A stretch of DNA of 64,000 bases, taken from the NCBI GenBank assembly GCA_964467775.1, contig CAYXUD010000117.1, positions 6,873 through 70,872 on the forward strand, in the 5' to 3' direction. This stretch comes from an uncultured Bacteroides sp. (GTDB taxonomy: Bacteria; Bacteroidota; Bacteroidia; Bacteroidales; GCA-2748055). Below are positions 54,357 through 63,824 of this stretch, piece by piece. Below the pieces are notes generated by a model. The model did not search any database. It saw only the letters and a list, made by a program, of their open reading frames with translations, and was not told the origin of the DNA. Each line of letters opens with the position of its first letter. Positions within the stretch are counted from its first letter, which is position 1. Made by a program: the position numbers and the translations under genes.

Positions 54357-54890
54357 TTAAGATTCATCATCATTCGTACTTTCCTTAGGATTCTTCCTGA
54401 TCCTGTACCTCATATATTTTTCCGGGACGATATTCAGCCTGTCGACTTCATATTCCTTCTGCATTTCCAGATAGGAATTCAGGAGAGCCTCCAGATCAGA
54501 TTTGGACACTTTAATACTATCCTCCTCAGTCATTATCATATTCATGAAAACTCTCTGCATCATCCCAGGATCCGGATCATGACCGTTGATGGTATTTATT
54601 GTTTTTACCAGCTGATCTTCAAGGTTATTTAACCTGTTTGTAATAACCAGCTGTTGAATAATGAATAACCCGGCAAAAAATGCGGCGGCAACGGCCATGG
54701 CCCCCCGCAACCAATAAATATCCACCCATCTGAAAAGATGGTTCACCGACTTTTCCAGGAGTGAAGATTTCTCAGATGAATCTCCAATCCTTTTCATGAT
54801 ATCATCCGTCAGTTTCTCCTTGTTCGTTAAAACCGGCCTGTGACCCTTCAGGATCCTGATCGCTTTCAGATATTTATCCTCATTATTCAT
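54357..54890 (-). CDS. Putative anti-sigma factor (single-pass membrane protein)
   Basis: 177 aa. It lies 2 nt downstream of the ECF sigma gene and has a central TM helix (AMAVAAAFFAGLFIIQQLVI). The assignment is by position and topology only. Confidence 0.55.
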   Translation of the reverse strand: MNNEDKYLKAIRILKGHRPVLTNKEKLTDDIMKRIGDSSEKSSLLEKSVNHLFRWVDIYWLRGAMAVAAAFFAGLFIIQQLVITNRLNNLEDQLVKTINTINGHDPDPGMMQRVFMNMIMTEEDSIKVSKSDLEALLNSYLEMQKEYEVDRLNIVPEKYMRYRIRKNPKESTNDDES

Positions 54891-54892
54891 AT

Positions 54893-55438
54893 TCAGGTAT
54901 ACTTTGTGATCTTTTTCCCAATATTTCGCCTGGCGTGGTTAAGGTTACTTTTTACAGTGGTTTTAGCCATCCCGGTGATTTCAGAAATATCGTCGTGTGA
55001 TAATCCTTCCAGTTCACTTAAAATGAAGACGACTTTCTGTTTGGCACTTAACCTGTTTGTCAGCAGCTGAATGATTTTCCCTGTCTCCTCATTATTTATT
55101 TCTGTTTCCGGATTATTATCACTCAATAAATACGGGAGAACCCAGTTGTTGTCATCAGGATAAATCATTGTAACCCTCTTTTTTCTTCTGAGAGAATCAT
55201 AACATTTATTGACTATGATTCTGTACAGCCAGTTGCTGAAATTTCCGCCAATATTGAACTTCCCAATCTTGTTCCATACAGAGATAAATGATTCCTGCAC
55301 AATATCTTTCGATTCTTCCTCATCATTCATAATTCTGAAAGCCACCGAAAAGGCAAAGCCAGAATATTTATCAATCAGAATTCTGAAGGCAGCTTCATCC
55401 TTGCTGATACAGGATTTTATAATATCCCTGGTATCCAA
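54893..55438 (-). CDS. RNA polymerase sigma-70 factor, ECF subfamily
   Basis: 181 aa. Region 2 (FRILIDKYSGFAFSVAFRIMNDEEESKDIVQESFISVWNKIGKF) and region 4 HTH (LSAKQKVVFILSELEGLSHDDISEITGMAKTTVKSNLNHARRNI). Confidence 0.88.
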   Translation of the reverse strand: MDTRDIIKSCISKDEAAFRILIDKYSGFAFSVAFRIMNDEEESKDIVQESFISVWNKIGKFNIGGNFSNWLYRIIVNKCYDSLRRKKRVTMIYPDDNNWVLPYLLSDNNPETEINNEETGKIIQLLTNRLSAKQKVVFILSELEGLSHDDISEITGMAKTTVKSNLNHARRNIGKKITKYT

Positions 55439-55704
55439 ATTGATTCTCTTCAGTTAAATATAATACGTCGATTCCAAGGCAAGGTAAAAAACACAGAGGC
55501 ACATTTAAGGGACAAAAGTGACCAATAGAAGGAATAAGCGGCAAATATTTAATGGATTGTGATTATTTCAAATGGGTTGAAATAGATTAACTGACCACTT
55601 AGTGAGCGAATTGCAACTGTGCAGTTAACGGGTAATTCTGATTCACCGTGTATTCGGGTACTAAGTAAATCATTCTGTCTTCTAAAGATGTGACTGCAAT
55701 ATGT

Positions 55705-56019
55705 TCAAAAATATGAGGTGTCTGGTGCTGCCAGTAACCAGGTATCACAAATCGGGGAGCTTAATTCTGACCAATAGGCAGAAAATTCTTCAATGACATT
55801 CCATTCATAGGTTTCTGAGTCCCAATAGCAATTAATTCCTTCAATCAGATTCCCATTCGCATCATAGGTATAAGATCTGAAGTCGCCTATTGACCATACG
55901 GTTGAATCAAGGATGACAGGCAGAAATGCCGTATCAGGAATAACCGGAGGAATCGGAGGGCTAAAGGAAAACATTGGGGTAACTTCCAATGTAAGAATTA
56001 AATACATAGCCCAATGCAT
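55705..56019 (-). CDS. Hypothetical small protein (doubtful)
   Basis: 104-aa ORF with a hydrophobic N-terminus and a YTYDANGNLIEG motif like the repeats in the 24892..25713 lipoprotein. It may be a gene fragment. Confidence 0.3.
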   Translation of the reverse strand: MHWAMYLILTLEVTPMFSFSPPIPPVIPDTAFLPVILDSTVWSIGDFRSYTYDANGNLIEGINCYWDSETYEWNVIEEFSAYWSELSSPICDTWLLAAPDTSYF

Positions 56020-56054
56020 TTCATGACTGTTGCGTAAATAGAATATTCTGCCTG

Positions 56055-56897
56055 CTATTTCCAGATTGAAGACCCGGGAAACCTGAAAAACCGCAGTGCA
56101 CGGTTCACTGTCTGCAGGAAAAAATAGGTCAGTTCCCTGACGGCTTTTTTCCCGGGTGAATGATTGATCTTACCGTAAAAGACCAGCTCTCCCGTCTTTT
56201 CACGGGTGGGTTTTTCCCTGGTTTTCTTTTCGATCACCAGAACGCTGTCGTAATAATGGATGGCATTCACGGCATAAGTGAATGTATTGGCTTTCAGATG
56301 GTTTTGTTCTGAATGGTGTGCATGCAAATAATCAATGAAATTCTTGCTGTATTCGATAAATGTTCTTCTTCTCCGGTAGCCGCCACCCCAGTTCAACTTA
56401 TAGGAAGTATGCAGGTCCTCGCACAGGTAGATTCCATCCTCTTTCACATGGCCGAACAACTCTTCAAAGCTTACGATCTGCTGTTTCATCGTATGGCCTC
56501 CGTCATCGATCAGAATGTCCAGCCGCGGAATCAGCGTTTTCACTTCTCTCAGGAATTTCCTGTCGGACTGGGAGCCGATGAATACCTGGATATTTTCCTC
56601 TTCAAACTGTTTGCACCTGGGATCAATATCGATCCCGAATATTTCTGCTTTCCCGCCAAAATACTCCTTCCACATCTGCAGGCTTCCGCCCTGGGACACG
56701 CCGATCTCAAGAATGGCAATCTCTCTGTTCCTGAACCGGCTCAGGTAACGCTCATAGATGTCAAAATAGTGATTCCACTTATCGATCCGCCTCTTGTTGT
56801 TGTTCTTAAAAATGCGTTCCAGGTCGGATCTCTGGTCCGTCATCCTGATATCATCCGCGGGAAACATGTCACGAAAATAGTCAAAATGGTTGGTCAA
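56055..56897 (-). CDS. Class I SAM-dependent methyltransferase (CmcI/sugar O-methyltransferase-like)
   Basis: 280 aa. KWNHYFDIYERYLSRFRNREIAILEIGVSQGGSLQMWKEYFG...IFGIDIDP...ILIDDGGH. It lies 6 nt downstream of the GH43 gene. Confidence 0.7.
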   Translation of the reverse strand: MTNHFDYFRDMFPADDIRMTDQRSDLERIFKNNNKRRIDKWNHYFDIYERYLSRFRNREIAILEIGVSQGGSLQMWKEYFGGKAEIFGIDIDPRCKQFEEENIQVFIGSQSDRKFLREVKTLIPRLDILIDDGGHTMKQQIVSFEELFGHVKEDGIYLCEDLHTSYKLNWGGGYRRRRTFIEYSKNFIDYLHAHHSEQNHLKANTFTYAVNAIHYYDSVLVIEKKTREKPTREKTGELVFYGKINHSPGKKAVRELTYFFLQTVNRALRFFRFPGSSIWK

Positions 56898-56903
56898 ATG
56901 ACC

Positions 56904-59900
56904 TTATTTCATTACAATCATTTTCCTTGTTTGTGCAAAATCATTCACATTGATCGCATAGAAATATATTCCACCGCTTAAACCGGATGCATCGAATGTA
57001 ACGGAATGTGAACCGGGGTTAAACTCTTTCCCTGCCACGTCAACGATCTCTTCACCCAGAAGATTGTAAACTTTCAGATGAACAAATGATTTTTCAGGAA
57101 TTTCGAATCTGAACATCGTCGAACCATAGAACGGGTTTGGATAGTTCTGGTACAGAAGGTAACCCTTTGGAACGACTCCCGGATTTTCGAACACTCCTGT
57201 CAGCTTTTCAAACACACCAATGCCAAAGGGGCCGAGATCTGTAATACCTCCTCTCGAGAGGGTATAGGGTGTTTTGGTGAACTGCATGGCATAATCACCC
57301 GTACCCGCCTCTGCTGTATCTGTTAGATTGAATATCCTTGCCATGTTCTCCCGATCGGCCCTGAAGCCGGAACCCTCCGCTGCAGTCATCCAGCCAAACT
57401 GAATTGTATGATTCCCGCCACCCTGGATATCTTCGCCAATGTTCCATTTCAACAATACACTATTTCCATCTGACGCTGCCATGGTATCTTTCACCACACC
57501 TACATTGATGGCGTCTGCAGCACCGGAATTGGTGATCCAGACAGGTGCATAAATTGTTGTTCCAACAGGAAAAAATGCCTGCGATTCGCCTACGGAGGGA
57601 TTCCTCAAAGTTCCTCCGTCAGCCGTTATCACATAGGCGTTATACGCAGCGTCAGAAACAGAATCTGCCGTTATTGTGTTCGGGCCTAAATCCAGCTTTC
57701 TCTGGATATCAAGATAACGGATGGTTCGTGAAGCGTGCAGCGTTACGTATTTTTGATTTGCTATGATCAGGTTGGCGGGCCCTCCGGTTGAAGGGAATTC
57801 ATCATCTGTAGTCGTTTGCTGGGTTTTACTGGAATACTTTAAAGAGGCTTCCGGGCCGTACGATAATACATTACCACCTGAAGATAAAGCACCATTTACC
57901 AGTTCCAGCGTTCCGTTTACAGTCAAAGGATCCGCAAGGGTGACTCCACCAGGATTATCTATCGTCAGATTATCGACTATCCCAGGCAACAGACTTCCAG
58001 CCACCTGTGCTGCAGATCCATTGAAGACAAAGCTTGAACCTTCTTCGAACCTCTTCACACCTGTGGTTGCCACAGAGCCATCAACACCATCTGCATGAGC
58101 AGTTACAAGTGTGGCACCACTTTTCAGGTGGAAGTAACCATCGCCCTGTAAAACGCTTGTCCCAATATCAAGGATCACAGCACTGTCAACTTCAACCGGG
58201 AACCCGCCGCTGCCAAATGTCGTCCCTGAGATTGAAAGCGTTTGGATACCAGCATCGTTTGAAAAAACAAACTTTGCCCCTTCGGTATTTGAATTCCGGG
58301 TTGTGGCATTTGCCAACGATGCATTTCCATAAATATTCCATTCGGTGGTACCACTACCTCCCTGTGAACCCCGGCTGATTGAGAAGTCACCCCCGGTTAT
58401 ACCAATGTTCCCATGATGATTGATCGTTATCGCCGTACTGGCATTGTCTGTGCCGGTTGCTGTAAATTCTCCGCCAGATTGTATGATATCACCGGTTATA
58501 TTCACCGCAGCCGCTGTTCCGGCCTCCGGGGCACACATCTGCCATTGGGCCGTGCCGGTACTCTGAATCGTAATATTCCCCCCGATGGTAATTTCGTTCC
58601 ACTTCATGCTCATATCGGATGTTTGATCAGGGCAATTCCAGAGGAAATTGTAGAAATCCTGGTTACCATTGGAAGGAACATTTGTCTTCAGGCTATCAAT
58701 GATACATGTTGAACTGGGCCTCCAGATTGCCTCCGGGATTGCCCCCCCGTCTAGTTTATGTTCATATATGCCACTACCGGAAAAACTGATGGTTGCCAGT
58801 GTATCACTGGTGACAGATCCATAATTTCTTACTGTACCTTCCACTGCCAGGTCTGTACCAATATGATTGTTCACCTGAAATGTGATGCCACTATTTATTT
58901 CAAGGGTCCCGCCAGCGGCAACCGTCAACTGATCTGCCGAATCGTTTTCCGTTACAACAACTGTATGTCCATTAAGGACAGTAATAGGGCCATCCGATAC
59001 GGAGGGAACACCCGGTGCGGGATGTATCCAGTCCGTGCCGTCAAAGAATGTCCAGGTATTTACATCGTTCCAGTTCCCTGATTGATGGGAGTGAATTTCA
59101 CCGGTGCCACGGTAGTATTCTGTCCCACTATCAAAAGCCCTGATACCAAAATAATATTCAACGCCATGATTCAGACTGTGAATTGCAATGCTGTCCACAT
59201 CATACACCATGTAATTATTATATAATTTATCAGGGGCGATCCCGTAATTGATAATGTATCCATCTGCATTTTCCACAGGTGTCCACCGGATGATTACATC
59301 CCGGCCATCCTCAGGATCACTTTCAACTGTAAAATCGTCAACTGCTGTGATAACAGCCTGGTCGCTGTTTCCAAAAATCCTCAGATCTCGAATGGCAAAA
59401 TTTCCCCCGCCCGGGGTGAATACATTCGTAAGTTTGATATAACGCGTTGTTGCAGGCTGGTCAAGTTCCACGTAATCGTGGGGTACATCCTCCATGTTCT
59501 GGCTTTTATCCACAAGCATTTCCCAACTCTTCCCGTCCAATGAATTTTCAATAATATATTGTTCATACAAAATTTTATCCCTGCCCCGCACCAGGGCGGG
59601 ATCAGTATGATGTTCTGCAAAATTGACCTGTATAGCTTCTACGTTGCATTCATTTCCGAGATCAATCATCATCCACTCGTTTGTACCACCTGACTGAGCG
59701 GACCAGTAAGTGCGTGCATCTTCGTCCACGGCATTCTCAATGCCGTACTCTTCCAGGGAAGAGGAAGCGATTACAAATTTCTTTCGGGATAACAGCATCA
59801 TACCTGTGAAATTGCTATCGATAGGATTCTCTTTCACACCCGGGAAATACTGTGGATAATCACCCCAGGCTGTGTTACAGTGTATATGGCCATCTTCGTC

Positions 59901-60809
59901 GAATGCAACAGGTGCAATACCTAACCGGCGTTCAAACATGTGTTTAACGGAAATCGTCATGGTACCGATATGCCAGTAATTACCATCTTTGTCTTTAAAT
60001 GTACTGCCGTGGCCTGCACCTGCAATAAATCCTGTCGGCTTGAAGGCAAAAGGACTGTAAGTTGCATATTCATAAGGTCCCAGCGGTGAATCGGCAATAT
60101 AGATACCATCCGCGTACGTTTTAAACTCGGTCCCGGGACCCGCATAATGCAGATAGTATTTGCCATTCTCTTTGATCATCCAGGAGCCTTCTATCCAGGG
60201 CTCTTCATCCATCAGGTTATCATCACCACGTCTTTCCCAGCCATGTATCGAAGCCTGTGCAAAAACAACATCAACTTTAGAACCGATCTCTTCAAAAGTT
60301 ACAGGATCCAGTTCGACAATGCTTGTGGGAGCATTGTTTGAGAGGCCATAGCACATATACAATCTTCCATCGTCATCCAGGAAGAATGCCGGATCACCGT
60401 AGCTTTTTATCTTCGGCCCCTTTTCCCATACACCCGATTTTGGATCGCCGGTTTTATACACCTGGGTATTTTGTGAGGGAACGTAAAACAATGAATCCCT
60501 CATTGCGACAACCCCTGGTGCATAAGTTTCAATATCGATTCCTTCAGGGACAATCAGTGTCCAGTCACGAAGATCCGGCGAAGTCCAGTATCCTCCAGAA
60601 CGTGACGCAAACAGATAATAATCATCTTTAAGCAGAACAATGACCGCATCAGCTGCTTCACGCGCATCCACGGCATCCACCATAAACCTGTAGTTCAGAT
60701 TAAGCGGATTACAGAAAGTCTGCTGGCCCATAAGAGGCTGGACCAGAAAAGATGCAGTCTGCATAAGAAGCAGAACAACCACTAACGGGATTCTTTTTAT
60801 CATCTTCAT
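56904..60809 (-). CDS. Multidomain T9SS cargo: GH43 + F5/8-type-C (discoidin) CBM + FN3 + ~600-aa Gly/Thr/Asn-rich beta-helix-like region + T9SS C-terminal sorting domain
   Basis: 1301 aa with a signal peptide. GH43-like five-bladed region (FCNPLNLNYRF...DPAFFLDDDGRLYM...GSWMIKENGKYYLHY...). Discoidin motif YWSAQSGGTNEWMMIDLG. FN3 (IIRWTPVENADGYIINYG). C-terminal YQNYPNPFYGSTMFRFEIP...GGIYFYAINVNDFAQTRKMIVMK. Confidence 0.82.
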   Translation of the reverse strand: MKMIKRIPLVVVLLLMQTASFLVQPLMGQQTFCNPLNLNYRFMVDAVDAREAADAVIVLLKDDYYLFASRSGGYWTSPDLRDWTLIVPEGIDIETYAPGVVAMRDSLFYVPSQNTQVYKTGDPKSGVWEKGPKIKSYGDPAFFLDDDGRLYMCYGLSNNAPTSIVELDPVTFEEIGSKVDVVFAQASIHGWERRGDDNLMDEEPWIEGSWMIKENGKYYLHYAGPGTEFKTYADGIYIADSPLGPYEYATYSPFAFKPTGFIAGAGHGSTFKDKDGNYWHIGTMTISVKHMFERRLGIAPVAFDEDGHIHCNTAWGDYPQYFPGVKENPIDSNFTGMMLLSRKKFVIASSSLEEYGIENAVDEDARTYWSAQSGGTNEWMMIDLGNECNVEAIQVNFAEHHTDPALVRGRDKILYEQYIIENSLDGKSWEMLVDKSQNMEDVPHDYVELDQPATTRYIKLTNVFTPGGGNFAIRDLRIFGNSDQAVITAVDDFTVESDPEDGRDVIIRWTPVENADGYIINYGIAPDKLYNNYMVYDVDSIAIHSLNHGVEYYFGIRAFDSGTEYYRGTGEIHSHQSGNWNDVNTWTFFDGTDWIHPAPGVPSVSDGPITVLNGHTVVVTENDSADQLTVAAGGTLEINSGITFQVNNHIGTDLAVEGTVRNYGSVTSDTLATISFSGSGIYEHKLDGGAIPEAIWRPSSTCIIDSLKTNVPSNGNQDFYNFLWNCPDQTSDMSMKWNEITIGGNITIQSTGTAQWQMCAPEAGTAAAVNITGDIIQSGGEFTATGTDNASTAITINHHGNIGITGGDFSISRGSQGGSGTTEWNIYGNASLANATTRNSNTEGAKFVFSNDAGIQTLSISGTTFGSGGFPVEVDSAVILDIGTSVLQGDGYFHLKSGATLVTAHADGVDGSVATTGVKRFEEGSSFVFNGSAAQVAGSLLPGIVDNLTIDNPGGVTLADPLTVNGTLELVNGALSSGGNVLSYGPEASLKYSSKTQQTTTDDEFPSTGGPANLIIANQKYVTLHASRTIRYLDIQRKLDLGPNTITADSVSDAAYNAYVITADGGTLRNPSVGESQAFFPVGTTIYAPVWITNSGAADAINVGVVKDTMAASDGNSVLLKWNIGEDIQGGGNHTIQFGWMTAAEGSGFRADRENMARIFNLTDTAEAGTGDYAMQFTKTPYTLSRGGITDLGPFGIGVFEKLTGVFENPGVVPKGYLLYQNYPNPFYGSTMFRFEIPEKSFVHLKVYNLLGEEIVDVAGKEFNPGSHSVTFDASGLSGGIYFYAINVNDFAQTRKMIVMK

Positions 60810-60877
60810 GGTGGGGTCCTCCTGTTTTTAAAACTAAATGAAACTATGAAAGAAGGTAAATGGATTTTGTCTCCTGC

Positions 60878-60885
60878 CAAAGATA
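60878..60885 (-). promoter_or_regulatory. Candidate Bacteroidota -7 promoter box (TAnnTTTG) upstream of the GH43 gene
   Basis: The minus strand reads TATCTTTG, about 69 nt upstream of the ATG at 60809. An AGGAGG Shine-Dalgarno site lies 8 nt before the ATG. Confidence 0.35.
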
Positions 60886-60953
60886 AGAATAATACTCCAG
60901 AATCTGTTATCACGAAGAAATTGACGGACAGATACTTGGGATAGTTTTCTAAA

Positions 60954-63239
60954 TTATTCGTAACGCAGCGATTCCACCGGGTTCTTTCTTGCCGTGCGCC
61001 AGGTTTGCCAGCTGACGGCCAGAACTGCAACCGCCAGGGAGGAGAGCGCCGCCACAGCAAAGATCCACCAGTCCAGGCGGGTCCTGTAGGCAAATCCGGC
61101 CAGCCACTTCTGCATGAAGTACAGGCCAATGGGGATCCCTGCCAGGATACCGGGCCCTACCCACTTGAGAAATCCAAGGTTCAGCAAACCGATGATATGG
61201 CCGACACCCGCCCCGTTCACCTTCCGGATCCCGATCTCGCGGGTCCTTGCCCGGGTTGTGAATTCTGCCATCCCGAAAAGCCCCATGCAGGAGAGGAGTA
61301 CCGCGATGATGGAGAGCAACCGGATGGAATCAGCCCTTTTTTCTTCCTGTTGGTACATGGCATCGAGCCACTGGTCATAGAATTCATAGGAAAATGCAAA
61401 TCCCGGGGCGGTATGCCGGAATATCTTTTGGACCTCCGTAATCGCTGTGGCAATATCCCCCGGATGGAACCGGACACAAAGGTGGGATACACCGGGCTCG
61501 TTGCGGATCTGAAGGTTCTCGACAGGGCTGTAGAGATCCTTGAAATATAAATCCCTGACCACACCAACTACTGAACTTCCGAAAAACACTCTGTTCTCCA
61601 CCGAATCCCAGCCCCCCATGTCGTTCATCATGGTTTCATTGACCACGCAAACCATGGTGGATTCTGCTTCGAAGAAATTCCTGCCATATACCAGGCTGAG
61701 ACCGAATGTTTCCAAGAATCTGTAATCGGATGAAATATGTGAAACGCTGATATCGTCATCACTGGAGTAATTCCATATGGCACCAGGGGTTCCGTGGGAG
61801 GCGCAGACATTTTTAACCACAGCCAGTCTGGAGATCTCTTCCAGCAGAGCAGGGACCCTTTCTTTGATACGGTAGTGTACAGGAATCCTTACAAGCAGCT
61901 CTGTATCGTACCCCATGTCCTTGTTTTGCACATACCGGACCTGTTTCACCAGGGTGATCAGCGAGATGATCAGGGCCACCATGGCGGTGAACTGGAGAAT
62001 GGTCAGCAGCCGGCGAATGTCAAAGGATCTCCGGATGGTATAGACCTGGTTCAGTAACATCTCCCTGGGCTTAAGCTTCAGGATGGCCAGTGCCGGATAG
62101 ATACCTGATACCACGGCGATCACCAGCAGTCCGCCCAGTACCAGCAGCAGGGTGTACGGATCAATGAGGATTATCCTTAGAATGATCTCCTTACCAAGGA
62201 TCCTGCCAAGAACGGGATTCAACAGAATAGCGATAAAAAAACCCAGGATCAGCGCCAGCAGAACCTGCAGGAATGCTTCATTGATAAACTGCCTGACCAG
62301 GAACCGGCGGCCGGCACCAAAGACCTGTTTCACTCCCAGCTCGTGCAGGCGCCCGGTGCTCTGTGCAATGGCCAGGTTGATGTAGTTAAAAACTGCCAGG
62401 AACAGGATCACCAGGGCAAGCCAGCCAAGCAGCCTGATCAGTTTCACATTAGCATGGTCCAGGTTGTCATATGGAGTGGTGATGTCAAAATAGACCTCCC
62501 TGTAGGGTTGCAGAGAGTAATGGATTTCCTTCCAATCCATGAAAGGATGGATCACCCGGGTAAGTGCTGTATCCAGCTCCCCCGGCTTGCCGCCTTCATT
62601 CAGTTTCAGGTACAGGTTGTACAGGTAGGCTTCCTGTTCGTTATAACCGGAGCGACTGAAACTGATCCTCAGTTCGGCGCTGCAGAACATTTCACCGTTC
62701 AGGGAACTTTTTCCGGGCAGGTCACTCACAACAGCCACCACTTCCACATCTTCGCGGTGGGCCACATTAAGGACCCGGCCGATGGGATCTGCTTCCCCGA
62801 AAATCCGCTTCGCACAGCCTGCTGTCAGAACAACCTGGTATGGATCTGCAAATAACCCCTCCCGCCGGCCTGCGATCACGGGCAGCGAAAACACCCTGAA
62901 AAAACCTGAATCGGTATGGATGATCCTTACATCATAGTTTTCTTCATCCCGGAGCACCGCATCGTTATTTATGTACACCTTGGTGGCAGCCATAAGTTGC
63001 GGGTAATCGGCCAGGAGCTTGTCCCTGGCCTGTTCCGGAACGTAGGCGGAATTCTCCAGGCTGACCACCCGGTAGATCCGGTCCAGGTCAGGGATGGAAC
63101 GGTCATACTGGTTCTCGGAACGGATAAAGGCGAGCAGCAGCAGGACCACAGCCAGGCTCAGGGAGAACCCTCCTATGGAAATCACAGAAAAAAGAGTGTT
63201 CCTTTTCAGTGACCTGAGGTAGATGAGGAGGGATTTCAT
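60954..63239 (-). CDS. ABC transporter permease, duplicated MacB/FtsX type
   Basis: 761 aa. Two [TM + periplasmic MacB-like domain + FtsX 3-TM] halves (for example GVKQVFGAGRRFLVRQF and GIRKVNGAGVGHIIGLL). No adjacent ATPase gene. Confidence 0.85.
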   Translation of the reverse strand: MKSLLIYLRSLKRNTLFSVISIGGFSLSLAVVLLLLAFIRSENQYDRSIPDLDRIYRVVSLENSAYVPEQARDKLLADYPQLMAATKVYINNDAVLRDEENYDVRIIHTDSGFFRVFSLPVIAGRREGLFADPYQVVLTAGCAKRIFGEADPIGRVLNVAHREDVEVVAVVSDLPGKSSLNGEMFCSAELRISFSRSGYNEQEAYLYNLYLKLNEGGKPGELDTALTRVIHPFMDWKEIHYSLQPYREVYFDITTPYDNLDHANVKLIRLLGWLALVILFLAVFNYINLAIAQSTGRLHELGVKQVFGAGRRFLVRQFINEAFLQVLLALILGFFIAILLNPVLGRILGKEIILRIILIDPYTLLLVLGGLLVIAVVSGIYPALAILKLKPREMLLNQVYTIRRSFDIRRLLTILQFTAMVALIISLITLVKQVRYVQNKDMGYDTELLVRIPVHYRIKERVPALLEEISRLAVVKNVCASHGTPGAIWNYSSDDDISVSHISSDYRFLETFGLSLVYGRNFFEAESTMVCVVNETMMNDMGGWDSVENRVFFGSSVVGVVRDLYFKDLYSPVENLQIRNEPGVSHLCVRFHPGDIATAITEVQKIFRHTAPGFAFSYEFYDQWLDAMYQQEEKRADSIRLLSIIAVLLSCMGLFGMAEFTTRARTREIGIRKVNGAGVGHIIGLLNLGFLKWVGPGILAGIPIGLYFMQKWLAGFAYRTRLDWWIFAVAALSSLAVAVLAVSWQTWRTARKNPVESLRYE

Positions 63240-63621
63240 GGGGTGCAGTTCAGATCATGCTGAACAAAAGTAACGCAAAGATTTTGTCCGATAAAAAAGA
63301 TTTGAGGTGTGTTAACCGGACATGAACACATTTTGATCTGGACGCTATTATTTTATATGTTTATTAAAGTCCAATATTATTATGAATGCCGTTTCATAAG
63401 CGATCTTTTCCCAATCCTTCTCCTCACACCAGGAGCTTTCTCCTCTGTATCCTGATCCTCTAAATCCAGGGCTTTCTCCCTGCCCTTCTGGAATACAATA
63501 TTGAGATTGACAGGATCCAGAAGGAAGCTGGTAATCCGGTAAAAGCTTGCCATCATCCAGTGCTTGCCAAGGGCCACGCAGGGGTGTCCGAAAACGCCCG
63601 TTTGGAGTTATTTTGAATCCC

Positions 63622-63749
63622 GCTCGCGCATTCCCCGTAGCTTTGCTGCGGGGTAAGCGAGCACAAATAAAATAATTTATGGATCGAAGATTCCTCGGAG
63701 CTTGCTCCGAGGAGCTTCAATGGTTCTTGTTAATTAAAGCTTAATTAAC
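63622..63749. other. Cluster of three hairpins/palindromes in a ~130-bp intergenic stretch
   Basis: (1) 63622-63662: GCTCGC-gcatt-CCCCGTAGC-ttt-GCTGCGGGG-taa-GCGAGC. (2) 63693-63712: CCTCGGAGC-tt-GCTCCGAGG. (3) 63729-63749: GTTAATTAA-agc-TTAATTAAC. Hairpins 1 and 2 share the pattern CCnCGnAGC-TT(T)-GCTnCGnGG. Confidence 0.7.
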
Positions 63750-63824
63750 AGCTTTTTATGGACTTCCCCTTCTACATACCGTACCTTTCTGCATTATTCA
63801 TTTTCACTAATTCAAATATCTATT

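Noticed and set aside
63380-63577. A 65-aa minus-strand ORF in the last intergenic region.
   Set aside because: It is short, highly charged at the C-terminus, and has no motif or convincing start context. It was left unannotated but may deserve a check if transcribed.
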